Shown here: piece by piece, positions 1 to 8,681 of the stretch
How positions within the stretch are numbered: position 1 is the stretch's first letter
How the letters are laid out: each line of letters opens with the position of its first letter
Assembly: GCA_001303585.1 (NCBI GenBank)
Contig: LJTT01000006.1
Span: 7,919-71,918, forward strand
Source of the DNA: Betaproteobacteria bacterium SG8_41
Lineage (GTDB): Bacteria > Pseudomonadota > Gammaproteobacteria > Burkholderiales > SG8-41
Reading direction: 5' to 3'
DNA: 64,000 bases
The notes under the pieces: model-generated
The model's database searches: none
What the model saw: only the letters and a program-made list of their open reading frames with translations
Told to the model about the DNA's origin: nothing
Made by a program: the position numbers and the translations under genes

Positions 1-318
1 CGCCACGGCTTTCATCATCTGCGCAGCTACGGAAAGCAACGCGGGCTCGGGGACCCTGGCCTCGACAATGCGATCCCGGACCGGCGCGACCGGATCGAGG
101 TGCTGATGGCAGAAGGGGACGAAGTCTGGATGCGCTTCAGCACCAGCGGCACCCACCAGGGAGCTCTCTATGGCGTCGCACCGACGGGCCGGCGCGTCGG
201 CGTATCGGTGGTTCAGATACTCAAGTTCGTCAACGGGAAGTGGCAGGAGAGCTGGACCTTCGCCGACGAACTGGGTTTCCTGCTGCAGATCGGCCGACCC
301 GACCTTGTGCTGGCATGA
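1..318 (+). CDS. SnoaL-like ester cyclase family protein, 3' part (5' end outside window)
   Basis: Frame 1 is open from base 1 to the stop at 316-318. The C-terminal sequence ...STSGTHQGALYGVAPTGRRVGVSVVQILKFVNGKWQESW... fits the ester-cyclase/SnoaL signature as I recall it (GTH.G...G..PTG ... GK..E.W). Confidence 0.6.
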   Translation, partial: RHGFHHLRSYGKQRGLGDPGLDNAIPDRRDRIEVLMAEGDEVWMRFSTSGTHQGALYGVAPTGRRVGVSVVQILKFVNGKWQESWTFADELGFLLQIGRPDLVLA

Positions 319-524
319 AAACTCGGCCGCCGCGAATTTCCCGCGTGCTCCGATTCCAGCATCTAGCGGTCGGATCTATTGCGGTGCCGGTTTCTGAGAT
401 CATTCGGGTCCCGGAGCTGGCAGCGGGTGCTCCAAAATGGACATTCAGATAAGCACGTGGCCCGAAAAGGCGGATTGTTTTTCCTTTCTGTGAATTTGAG
501 AGAAGTGAAATAAGGACGGTCGCA

Positions 525-938
525 ATGGCGTACATCTTCCATCAGGATGACTTGCCGAGCCTGGTTTCGGTGGTTCCGGGCCGAAAGCGCGTGTTCTTCG
601 TGAGCAAGGAGTTGAGCGGCACCGATTCGATGCTCGCCGGAATCATGTATTACACGGCGGACGCCGCCTCCCCTTATCACTTCCACAAGAATTGCGAGCA
701 TTTCTATTTCATTTTCGACGGCAGCGCGACCGTGGAAACGGAGCAGGGTTTGAGGGACCTCAATCCCGGCGATCTGGTCTTCATACCGGCCGAGGAAAAG
801 CACCGGCTGCGCGCGAAGGAGCCCCTGTTCTATTTCGAGTTCCAGGCGCCAAATCGTTTCGAGACGACCATCCTCGATGGCACCAAGGACGACCTGCTGT
901 GGGAACGCGTGGACGGCAAGGTCTGGGTGCAGAGCTGA
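525..938 (+). CDS. cupin domain protein
   Basis: 137-aa ORF with the two cupin motifs (SPYHFHKNCEHFYFIFDGSATV ... PGDLVFIPAEEKHRL) and normal codon bias. Confidence 0.75.
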   Translation: MAYIFHQDDLPSLVSVVPGRKRVFFVSKELSGTDSMLAGIMYYTADAASPYHFHKNCEHFYFIFDGSATVETEQGLRDLNPGDLVFIPAEEKHRLRAKEPLFYFEFQAPNRFETTILDGTKDDLLWERVDGKVWVQS

Positions 939-1001
939 TGGCGACCGCCATCTGGCTGTGCGACAAAGCCGAGTGCAGCCGGCAACAAGGAGCAAGCTGA
1001 C

Positions 1002-1352
1002 ATGCCGACGACCCATATTGCTACCAACCGAATCCCCCGGAAGAAACTGAACGGCGACCGGGGGGAAGTCGCTGAGATCGTCAACCAGGCGCTGTGCGGC
1101 GCCCAGAACGTGCTCGGGATGCTGCGCTGGCTGAAAGATGGTGAGCATTTTGCTGCAGAATTACTGGAGGACACGCACCAACTGCTTTACCTGATGGAAG
1201 GTAAGGGCGTGATCACCCTCGGCGACGACAATGTCGAAGTCAGCCGGGGAGCCGGCGTGTACCTCGGCCCGGGGGAGACTGCCAGCATCCGTCACGCAGG
1301 CGGCTCGGCTCTGAAGCTCCTGCATCTGGTCGTGCCAAAGGTCGACGGCTGA
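1002..1352 (+). CDS. cupin-like small protein
   Basis: 116-aa ORF directly downstream of the first cupin. Beta-barrel-like motif HQLLYLMEGKGVITLGDDNVEVSRGAGVYLGPGE..IRH. Confidence 0.6.
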   Translation: MPTTHIATNRIPRKKLNGDRGEVAEIVNQALCGAQNVLGMLRWLKDGEHFAAELLEDTHQLLYLMEGKGVITLGDDNVEVSRGAGVYLGPGETASIRHAGGSALKLLHLVVPKVDG

Positions 1353-1629
1353 ATGCCTCCCGAAACGAGCGCCTTCCCCTATTGACCGCGCTACGGCGCA
1401 ACGGGGCGGACTCGATCCTGCGCTGATAAATGCCCGTTGTGGCCCCGTACGCTCGTCGTTACCGGAAATTACTCATGGCGACGCGGGGCCATGATGCTCG
1501 GTGGTTGCAGGCGCATCGCAGGGGACGCCCCGCCCGTCCTTATAACCATTCCGAATAACCAGCCTTCGCCACCAATATGCGTCACCAGTTGGCATTACAA
1601 GCAAGTGGCGGCGCGGTAAGCTATGTGTC

Positions 1630-2376
1630 ATGGTCGCCGCAAGACGATTTGATCCGGACTCGAGTGAGCCCTTTCCGCTCAGCCGGACCAAGGTAGAACT
1701 GTTTCTCGATTGTCCGCGCTGCTTTTACCTCGACCGGCGGCTCGGGGTCGGTCGCCCGGCGGGCTTCCCGTTCAATCTCAACTCCGCGGTTGATGAGCTG
1801 CTGAAGCGCGAGTTCGACCGGCACCGGGCCGCCGGCACCGCGCACCCGCTGATGAAAGATGCCGGGATCAACGCCGTGCCGCACGCGCACCCGCAGCTCG
1901 AGACGTGGCGGGCCAACTTCAAGGGCGTGCGCACGGTGCACGAAGCAACGAGCTTCACGCTCTCGGGGGCAATCGATGATCTCTGGCGCGACCTCGGTAC
2001 TGACGAGCTGATGGTCGTGGACTATAAGAGCACTTCGAAAGCGGGCGAGGTCGGCATCAACGCCGAGTGGCAGATCTCGTACAAACGCCAGATCGAGTTC
2101 TACCAGTGGCTGCTGCGCCGCCAGGGCCTGAAGGTCTCGCGAACCGGATGGTTCGTCTACTGCAACGGGCGGAAGGATCTTCCCGCGTTCGACGCGCGCC
2201 TGGAATTCAAGATCAGCCTGATTCCGTACGACGGCGACGATAGCTGGGTCGAGGGTGCGCTTGCCGCCATTCGCGACACTCTCATGGCACCCGAACCACC
2301 TGCGCCGACAGACGAGTGCGAGTATTGCGACTACGTGTTGCATGCGGGCGCGCCGGCCGCACGCGCAGGGACCTGA
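1630..2376 (+). CDS. PD-(D/E)XK nuclease, Cas4/RecB-like, with four Cys (putative Fe-S)
   Basis: Motifs read directly: N-terminal CPRCFY, GAIDDLW (motif II Asp), VVDYKS (D-x-K), QIEFYQ (Q-x3-Y), C-terminal CEYCDY. Confidence 0.75.
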   Translation: MVAARRFDPDSSEPFPLSRTKVELFLDCPRCFYLDRRLGVGRPAGFPFNLNSAVDELLKREFDRHRAAGTAHPLMKDAGINAVPHAHPQLETWRANFKGVRTVHEATSFTLSGAIDDLWRDLGTDELMVVDYKSTSKAGEVGINAEWQISYKRQIEFYQWLLRRQGLKVSRTGWFVYCNGRKDLPAFDARLEFKISLIPYDGDDSWVEGALAAIRDTLMAPEPPAPTDECEYCDYVLHAGAPAARAGT

Positions 2377-2425
2377 TCATTCGTCGTTGGAGTTCACGGG
2401 CTCCGCCCCCATCCATTCATGACAA

Positions 2426-3010
2426 ATGCGTAGCATCTCGAAAGAAGAAATAGCCAGCCTCCCGATCCGGCGATATGAGGGGGAGGTGTCCCTGGTCGCA
2501 TCGATGAAGGAGCTGGATCGGGCGCGAGCGGACATCAAGGAGGAACGCGTGCTCGGCCTCGATACGGAGACACGGCCTTCGTTCAGGAAAGGCGAGAGTC
2601 ATCTTCCCTGCCTGGTCCAGGCGGCCACGGCGCGCGCGGTGTATCTCTTTCAGCTGAGCCGCCTGGATGTTTTCCCGGCGCTGGTGGAGCTGCTGGCAAA
2701 GCCGGACCTCATCAAGGCCGGCGTCGGCCTGGCGCACGATCTGCGGCAACTCAAATTGGTTTTTCCGTTCACGGTCGAAAATACGGTCGATCTGGGTGTT
2801 GTCGCCCGCCGCCGCGGCCTGGGGCAGACTGGCGTGCGCAATCTCGCAGGAATTTTCCTCGGCTTCCGGATTCCCAAAGGCAGCCGCACATCAAACTGGG
2901 CCGCGCCGCGCCTTTCCCCGGCGCAAATCACGTACGCAGCCACGGATGCCTGGGCCTGCCGCGAACTGTTCCTGCGTTTCGAGAGCCTGGGAATGCTGCT
3001 AGCGAGTTAA
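2426..3010 (+). CDS. DEDDy-type 3'-5' exonuclease (RNase D / WRN-exo-like domain)
   Basis: ExoI LGLDTETRP, ExoII GVGLAHDLRQL, ExoIII YAATDAWACRELF. 194 aa. Confidence 0.8.
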   Translation: MRSISKEEIASLPIRRYEGEVSLVASMKELDRARADIKEERVLGLDTETRPSFRKGESHLPCLVQAATARAVYLFQLSRLDVFPALVELLAKPDLIKAGVGLAHDLRQLKLVFPFTVENTVDLGVVARRRGLGQTGVRNLAGIFLGFRIPKGSRTSNWAAPRLSPAQITYAATDAWACRELFLRFESLGMLLAS

Positions 3011-3179
3011 CACATGCGAGCCCGCCTTCCGGCATGTGTCGTGAACGCTGAACGGCGACTTAGAGACTGACTACGCCTTTTCCATTCCCCATTGGCTATT
3101 TTCTACTTCCTATTTCCCGATTGGCACCGCTCGCGCCACATTGCTTATGATCCCGGGATCTGCTGAACCCCGCCGCCAG

Positions 3180-3695
3180 ATGATGACACCTCACCGCGGA
3201 TTCACCTTGATTGAAATGATCGTCGTCATGGCGATCATCGCGATTCTGGCGCTGATGCTCGTGCCCACCTATCAGGACAAGATCGTCCGGGATCAAATCG
3301 TCGAGGCCTTGCCCCTGGCTGACATTGCAAAAAAACGGATTGAGGCTTCCTGGTCAGCCATTCAGGCTTTTCCGCCCAACAATGCCGCGGCCGGCCTGCC
3401 GCCCGCCGACAAGATCGTCAGCAACTACATCAGCTCAACTACAGTGCAGGACGGCGCGATTCACATCACCTTCGGCAACAGCGTGCACGGAGCGATCATG
3501 GGCAAGACGCTCAGCGTCCGCCCCGCCATCGTCACGGACGCGCCCATCGTCCCGATCGCATGGGTGTGCGGGAACGCCGCGGCCCCTGACAAAATGGCGG
3601 TCAAGGGCGAGAACCGGACCGACATTCCCGCAGGCTATCTTCCGTTCAAATGCCGCGCGCGCGGCACTGGCACACCGGCCAAGGGCAAATCATGA
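3180..3695 (+). CDS. type IVa pilin (prepilin-type N-terminal cleavage/methylation domain)
   Basis: Leader MMTPHRG followed by FTLIEMIVVMAIIAILA. C-terminal Cys pair (WVCGNAA...LPFKCR) forms a disulfide loop. The start is placed at the Met giving a 7-aa leader; the track ORF opens at 3141. Confidence 0.85.
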   Translation: MMTPHRGFTLIEMIVVMAIIAILALMLVPTYQDKIVRDQIVEALPLADIAKKRIEASWSAIQAFPPNNAAAGLPPADKIVSNYISSTTVQDGAIHITFGNSVHGAIMGKTLSVRPAIVTDAPIVPIAWVCGNAAAPDKMAVKGENRTDIPAGYLPFKCRARGTGTPAKGKS

Positions 3696-3740
3696 TGAAT
3701 CGGACGCGACCCAAGAGGAAATCCCGCTCCGATTACCGAG

Positions 3741-4952
3741 TCAGGCGGCCATGCCCGCAGCGTGGCCGGATGACCACGCCCACTGGAAGTTGTAGCCGCC
3801 CAGCCAGCCAGTGACATCCACGACCTCGCCGATGAAATGCAAGCCCGGCATGCCGCGAGCTTCTAGGGTCTGCTGCGAGAGCGCGTCCGTATCCACCCCG
3901 CCCAGCGTCACTTCCGCCTTGGCGTAGCCCAGCGTGCCCGAGGGCTGGATGCGCCAGTCCTTGAGCGTCCGCGCAACCGTCTCGAGAGCCGCGTTCGACA
4001 TTTGCGCGAGCGGCTGTGTCCAACCATGCGCCTCCGCGAAGCTTTGCGCAAAGCGGCGCGGCAGAAACTCAGCGAGCAGCCCGCCGAGCCCCTGCTGGTC
4101 GCGCCGATGCGGCGCCAGCCATGCACCCGCATCGCTCTCGGGCAGCAGATCGAGCGACACCGGTCCGCGTCCGCCCGCAAGCTGCCAGTAGGATGACACT
4201 TGCAGGACCGCCGGCCCCGACAAGCCACGGTGCGTGATCAACGCCGCCTCGTGAAATGACGGCCACTCGGGGCCCGGCGGTGCTTTACCCAGGGAGGCGA
4301 TCACATCGAATGACGCGCCGGATAGCTTCCCGAACTGCGCCAACCACTCCGGCGCAGCCGCCAGCGGTACCAGCGCGGGCTTCGGCGCCACCACTGGCAG
4401 GCCGAATTGTTCCGCAATGCGGTAGCCAAGCGGCGTCGCACCGATCTTCGGGATCGACAGGCCGCCCGTCGCCACCACCAGCGTGTGCGCGCGGAAACTA
4501 CCCTGCGACGTCGCCACCTCGAACCCGGTCGTGCCTCCGCTCTCGTGCCGCGCGACGCCTTCCACCTTCACCGGCATCGCCCAGCGCACGCCCGCCGCAT
4601 CGCACTCGCTCCTGAGCATGGCGATGATCTGAACCGCGCTGCCGTCGCAGAACAACTGGCCAAGGGTCTTCTCGTGGTAGCGGATGCCGTGGCGCTCGAC
4701 AAGGGCAATGAAGTCGCGCGGGGTATAGCGCGCCAGCGCCGAGCGGCAGAAATGGGGATTGCTCGAGAGGAAAGCCTCGGGCCGGGTCTGCAGGTTGGTA
4801 AAGTTGCAGTGACCGCCACCCGAGATACGGATCTTTTCGCCGAGCTCGACGGCATGCTCGACCAGAAGCACGCGCCGCCCGCGCCGTCCGGCGACCGCGG
4901 CGCACATCATGCCAGCAGCGCCAGCACCCAGTACAATGACGTCGAAATCCAT
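3741..4952 (-). CDS. NAD(P)/FAD-dependent flavoprotein, HI0933/YhiN (BaiN-like) family
   Basis: N-terminal FDVIVLGAGAAGMMCA Rossmann motif and ISGGGHCNFTN signature. 403 aa. Confidence 0.85.
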   Translation of the reverse strand: MDFDVIVLGAGAAGMMCAAVAGRRGRRVLLVEHAVELGEKIRISGGGHCNFTNLQTRPEAFLSSNPHFCRSALARYTPRDFIALVERHGIRYHEKTLGQLFCDGSAVQIIAMLRSECDAAGVRWAMPVKVEGVARHESGGTTGFEVATSQGSFRAHTLVVATGGLSIPKIGATPLGYRIAEQFGLPVVAPKPALVPLAAAPEWLAQFGKLSGASFDVIASLGKAPPGPEWPSFHEAALITHRGLSGPAVLQVSSYWQLAGGRGPVSLDLLPESDAGAWLAPHRRDQQGLGGLLAEFLPRRFAQSFAEAHGWTQPLAQMSNAALETVARTLKDWRIQPSGTLGYAKAEVTLGGVDTDALSQQTLEARGMPGLHFIGEVVDVTGWLGGYNFQWAWSSGHAAGMAA

Positions 4953-5082
4953 GCGTCGAGCGATCGGGATGGCCGCGCATCATACCGCGAAGCGCGAAAC
5001 GTCTATAATGTCGCGTGCAGGCTCAGCGTCTCTGCTACCCTTACCCGGCTGGCAGCTTTCCCGAAAATTCACTTCTTAAGGC

Positions 5083-5262
5083 GTGAAATTGGCCAAAGAC
5101 CCCTCAAAGATCAAACGGTGCCCGGAATGCCGGCGCCAGGTAGAGGCTTCGAGCATGCGCCCCTTGTCGCGCACCCGGCTCGGCGGCGGCGTCCGCTTTG
5201 CCTGCCCCGATTGCTTCAAGCGCGTCATGGAAATGCGGAAGGCCGTAGCCGGGCGCCGCTAG
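5083..5262 (+). CDS. candidate small zinc-ribbon protein (59 aa, below the ORF-track cutoff)
   Basis: Hand translation from GTG at 5083: VKLAKDPSKIKRCPECRRQVEASSMRPLSRTRLGGGVRFACPDCFKRVMEMRKAVAGRR*. Two CxxC knuckles 24 residues apart; weak AAGG upstream. Confidence 0.3.
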   Translation: MKLAKDPSKIKRCPECRRQVEASSMRPLSRTRLGGGVRFACPDCFKRVMEMRKAVAGRR

Positions 5263-5313
5263 CCAACATCAGCAGCGAAAACGGTAAACGCAGTCTCTCG
5301 CCGTTTGTAACAC

Positions 5314-6132
5314 TCACTTTTTTTCGGCCAAGACCCCGTCCCCGCTCGGCTTCGCCGCAAACCCTGCGTGCCGCAATCGTTTTGCCACTTCCTCGGGCAC
5401 ATCGCGTCCGCTTGAGCGCTTGTTCGGCGCTCCGGTGTAATGAAACAGCCTGCCTTTGCGCTTGAGCACCCTGGCCAGGTGATCATAGAAGACCTGAGAA
5501 TAAAGCTCTCCGGCGGTACCGAAACGTGGCGGATCGTGCAAAATCGCATCGACCGACCCGCTGGGCAGCAGGGCAATCTGCTCGGCAATATCGCCCTCGG
5601 TTAACGTCAACCCACCGCCGCTCTCTGGCGACCAGGGATTGAGGCTGCGCAGCCAAATCACGTCGGGATTCTTCTCGAAAGAGAGCACCTCCCTGGCTTG
5701 GCCCTGCAGACACCAGGCGGCGAAATAGCCCAGACCGCCACAGGTGTCCAAAATCACTTTGCCGCGCGGCCGGATCAGGGCGACTTTACGTTCGGCATCC
5801 GCATAGGGGGAGCCTTGCGCAGTTGGTAACATCTTGATGCCGTCGATTTCAAACGTCGGCGGCCCCCATTCCGTCGGCACCAGCTTGATCATCGACGTCG
5901 TGAAGCGCGCTACCGGCTGAAAGCCGTCGCCAACCCAGTAGTAAATGTTTCTGTCCTTGCAGGCGTCCAGGTAGGGAAAGCGTTGGCTCTGCCAGGTCCA
6001 TTCTTGACGGCCCACCCCGACGGTTGTCGTCGAACGCTCGAGGTCCAGCGAGCACTGAACCGCGGGCGCACCAGCACGCGCGGCAGCGCGCAATGTTTCG
6101 TGCACCTTTAGGGTTATCAGCGGCCCCCTCAT
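5314..6132 (-). CDS. class I SAM-dependent methyltransferase with DPPRF (amino-methyltransferase motif IV)
   Basis: Motif I VILDTCGGLGYFA and motif IV ILHDPPRFG. Start taken at the internal Met (MRGPLITL); the ORF is open to 6192. Confidence 0.7.
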   Translation of the reverse strand: MRGPLITLKVHETLRAAARAGAPAVQCSLDLERSTTTVGVGRQEWTWQSQRFPYLDACKDRNIYYWVGDGFQPVARFTTSMIKLVPTEWGPPTFEIDGIKMLPTAQGSPYADAERKVALIRPRGKVILDTCGGLGYFAAWCLQGQAREVLSFEKNPDVIWLRSLNPWSPESGGGLTLTEGDIAEQIALLPSGSVDAILHDPPRFGTAGELYSQVFYDHLARVLKRKGRLFHYTGAPNKRSSGRDVPEEVAKRLRHAGFAAKPSGDGVLAEKK

Positions 6133-6251
6133 GCGTTCACCCGCCCCGAGGTTGTTGAGCAGTCGCCGCTCCCGTCCTCGCTTCTGCTGCACACGGAAGA
6201 TGGGGGCTGTCCTGGACTTGCCCTGATTTCTCTCTTCAGTTTCCAGGGATC

Positions 6252-7622
6252 CTAATGTTGTCCTGCGCGCGCCAGGAAGGCCCGGAGCTCGCGCACATCC
6301 TTGAGCTCGTCGAGAGCGTTCACGCGCCGGATGAGTCCCTCGGCCTGCTCGGCCCCCAGCACAGGCTCTATCAGGAGCCGCGCCTTTGCGTTCACGCTTT
6401 CCGTATCCATGGGATTCTCCGCCGTACCCGGCGCATGGCGGGTAAAGTGGCTGACGGTCCTCCCATCGCGCAGCGTCACCTCCACCAGGCCGCTGCGGGG
6501 CGCGCCGGGATCCATGAGCTTCGGATCCGCGACCAGCTGCACCCGCTCCTTCGCGGCGCGCACTTTCGGGTCCTTCATCTGCTCGTAGGAATGGCTGTCC
6601 TCGAACGACACAGTGCCTTTCACCAGGGCCAGCGCGATGATGTGCTGGCAGTTGATATCCGGCATGGAACGGTCATTGACGACGCGCGCGCCGTCCTCCG
6701 GCAATCTCGCGACGATTCGCTCCACGTTGTCCGGGCTAAGCCCGTGTTCGCGCCGGAGCCGCAGGAATGCGTCCAACGGCGCCTGGATCGGGTAGCCAAC
6801 GGAGAAGGGTTTGATAGCGGTTTCGGTGATGAAATAACGGCTGCCCAGCCCCGCTACCATTTCCTCCGGATTCGGTTCGGTGGACAGGGCCTGAAGCACG
6901 TTGTGCTCGCAATCAAATACATCCCATACGCCGCTAAATCCGAGTTGGGCCATGATCGCCGCGGTAACGCCGTTGCGGGCGCCCATACCGGAGAAGTCGA
7001 ACGCCTTCTCGACGTGCTCTGCATCGCGAACCCAGCTCCAGATTCCCGATACCTGCTGGCAGGCGTACGAAAGCGCGTGACGCATCCCCTTTTCATCCAG
7101 GTGGGCCAACGAGGCCGCGGCCCCCACGCTGCCCAGCGTGGAGCTGGTGCCTTCGGCGCTGCGGTGAGTTCTGCGCACGAGATCGGCTCCGAGCGCCAGC
7201 AAGAAGCGACAACAAAGATCGTAGCCGAGCGTCACGGCGCGCAGCAGCTCGGTTCCCGATCTGCCCTCACGCTCGGCCATTGCGAGGGCCGCTGGCACCA
7301 CGGCGCAGCCGGGATGGGCTTTCGTCGCCGGATGGAAGTCGTCGGTCTCGTCGGCGTGGCCAAACATGGCGTTCACCAGCGCGGCGTTAATCGCGGAGGT
7401 CGTGATGTCGGTGGTGAGGACGGTCGCTTCCGCGACGCCGCCCTGCGCCCGCGCGTAACGGATCGCCATCTCCCCTGGTTTGAGATGGGCGCCCGACACC
7501 ATCGCGGCCAGCGTGTCCAGAATGCGATGCCTGGCTTCCCGCGCCACGTCCGGCGCGAGACTTCGCTCCCGCGCTTCCACCATATATCGCGCCAAACGCC
7601 CGGTAATATCAGCCGCAGACAT
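6252..7622 (-). CDS. MmgE/PrpD family protein (2-methylcitrate dehydratase-like)
   Basis: About 456 aa. Typical N-terminus ...RHRILDTLAAMVSGAHLKPG... Strong SD (GAGGAGG) ahead of the Met at 7622. Confidence 0.85.
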   Translation of the reverse strand: MSAADITGRLARYMVEARERSLAPDVAREARHRILDTLAAMVSGAHLKPGEMAIRYARAQGGVAEATVLTTDITTSAINAALVNAMFGHADETDDFHPATKAHPGCAVVPAALAMAEREGRSGTELLRAVTLGYDLCCRFLLALGADLVRRTHRSAEGTSSTLGSVGAAASLAHLDEKGMRHALSYACQQVSGIWSWVRDAEHVEKAFDFSGMGARNGVTAAIMAQLGFSGVWDVFDCEHNVLQALSTEPNPEEMVAGLGSRYFITETAIKPFSVGYPIQAPLDAFLRLRREHGLSPDNVERIVARLPEDGARVVNDRSMPDINCQHIIALALVKGTVSFEDSHSYEQMKDPKVRAAKERVQLVADPKLMDPGAPRSGLVEVTLRDGRTVSHFTRHAPGTAENPMDTESVNAKARLLIEPVLGAEQAEGLIRRVNALDELKDVRELRAFLARAGQH

Positions 7623-7772
7623 CCCAATCCTCCTCAAACAAATAAACAGGGTCAGTGTAACGTTTTTGCGGCAGAGGCTTTGCGTCCGATGAAAATCCTG
7701 CGCTGGGCCAATCACCCGCATCCCGCCGCGCTCACCCCGCGCGACAATCCCTCGTCCTTCAACATACCGGCC

Positions 7773-8108
7773 TCACCGTCTGCAGGGAAATGCCACCAGA
7801 AACGCGGATGCCACGTTGTTGTATGCACTCAGATGCAGGACGCCAGGATGCTCGCGGAGGAATTTAATGGAGACCTGGACAAGCTGGTCCCGGGTGGCGT
7901 CTACAGGAAAGCAGGACTGTAATCCGGCATAAGGATAGTTGGACATCATGTCGGCAATTGCCCCAACGTACTCGGTACAGACACCGCGTCTGAAAGAAGC
8001 CTTGTTCTCGACGTTCGAACACATTTCGAGCAAGCCCGCGCCGGTTGTCACTGCTCCAGCCTGACACGCCAGCAGCATTCCTACCAGCACCGATATGGAG
8101 CGCCTCAT
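7773..8108 (-). CDS. Rap1a/Tai4-like periplasmic immunity-protein homologue
   Basis: Signal peptide MRRSISVLVGMLLACQAGA. Pattern LLEMC...GVCTEYVGAIADMM...CFPVDATRDQLVQVSIKFLREHP...AFPC matches the Rap1a family as I recall it. GGAGGA SD. Confidence 0.6.
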   Translation of the reverse strand: MRRSISVLVGMLLACQAGAVTTGAGLLEMCSNVENKASFRRGVCTEYVGAIADMMSNYPYAGLQSCFPVDATRDQLVQVSIKFLREHPGVLHLSAYNNVASAFLVAFPCRR

Positions 8109-8392
8109 ACCGTCCTCCCCGCTTAGCCGGCAGCAAAAAGGCTACCTCTGCTGCACGGTGAAAGGGAACAGGCTGCTGCGCGGCCGCTTGAGGGGGCGGA
8201 CTCGACCGATTATCCGTGAGAATTGGTTTTTTTCGATCGGACATTGCGTCGAATCGCGTGTCGACAAGCAAATTCCTGAGCTCTAAAGGAAATTATGTCC
8301 GGCCTTCTGTTCTCGACGTTATTGTCGATGCCTTATCCTTTCATCATGCGCTCGCGATCCACCCAAAGCGGGCCCTCAGGGTGTAGATTAAC

Positions 8393-8662
8393 TAGAACCT
8401 ATTTCATATATAGGCACGTTTGCGACGGAGGCGAGGCGGGATGCAGTTCAAGGATTAGGGCCCGAAGGAATATGTCGATATTTCGAGGGACCCCGACGAA
8501 GAAATGCGCCCGGATCGCCCCGTCCCTGCGGGTTGCGGCCAGGACGGTCGGCTGCATCGTTGCCCTCCTCGACCATATCGGCATATGGATTTCGTCGGGC
8601 GCCTTGCATCCGGTCCGTCCTGGCCACAACGCATCATGCGCCCATATATGAAATAGGTTCTA
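8393..8662. mobile_element. MITE-like element bounded by perfect 19-bp terminal inverted repeats
   Basis: TAGAACCTATTTCATATAT at 8393-8411 is the exact reverse complement of 8644-8662. The repeats are AT-rich in a GC-rich background, start and end with TA, and enclose ~230 bp with no credible ORF. Confidence 0.5.
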
Positions 8663-8681
8663 ACTATTCGAGGAGGAACTC

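Noticed and set aside
3122-3137. Sigma-54 promoter (TGGCAC-N5-TTGC type) upstream of the pilin gene.
   Set aside because: The GG-N10-GC spacing is satisfied (TGGCACCGCTCGCGC), but the -12 element is CGCGC rather than TTGCW. That is too weak to call from sequence alone.
6255-7922. Very long ORFs antisense to well-supported genes: 6255-7922 (+), 11403-13178 (-), 23542-24924 (+), 25201-26514 (+), 41370-42974 (-), 52576-54657 (+), 55889-57631 (-) and 17420-18334 (+).
   Set aside because: They are Arg/Gly/Pro/Ala/His-rich translations with no recognisable motifs. Each lies exactly opposite a gene with clear family signatures. These are the typical stop-poor shadow frames of GC-rich DNA.
8295-8651. 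118-aa plus-strand ORF and two minus-strand ORFs inside the inverted-repeat element.
   Set aside because: They have no SD and low-complexity Arg/Ser/Cys-rich sequence, and they overlap each other. A 230-bp interior is too small for a transposase.
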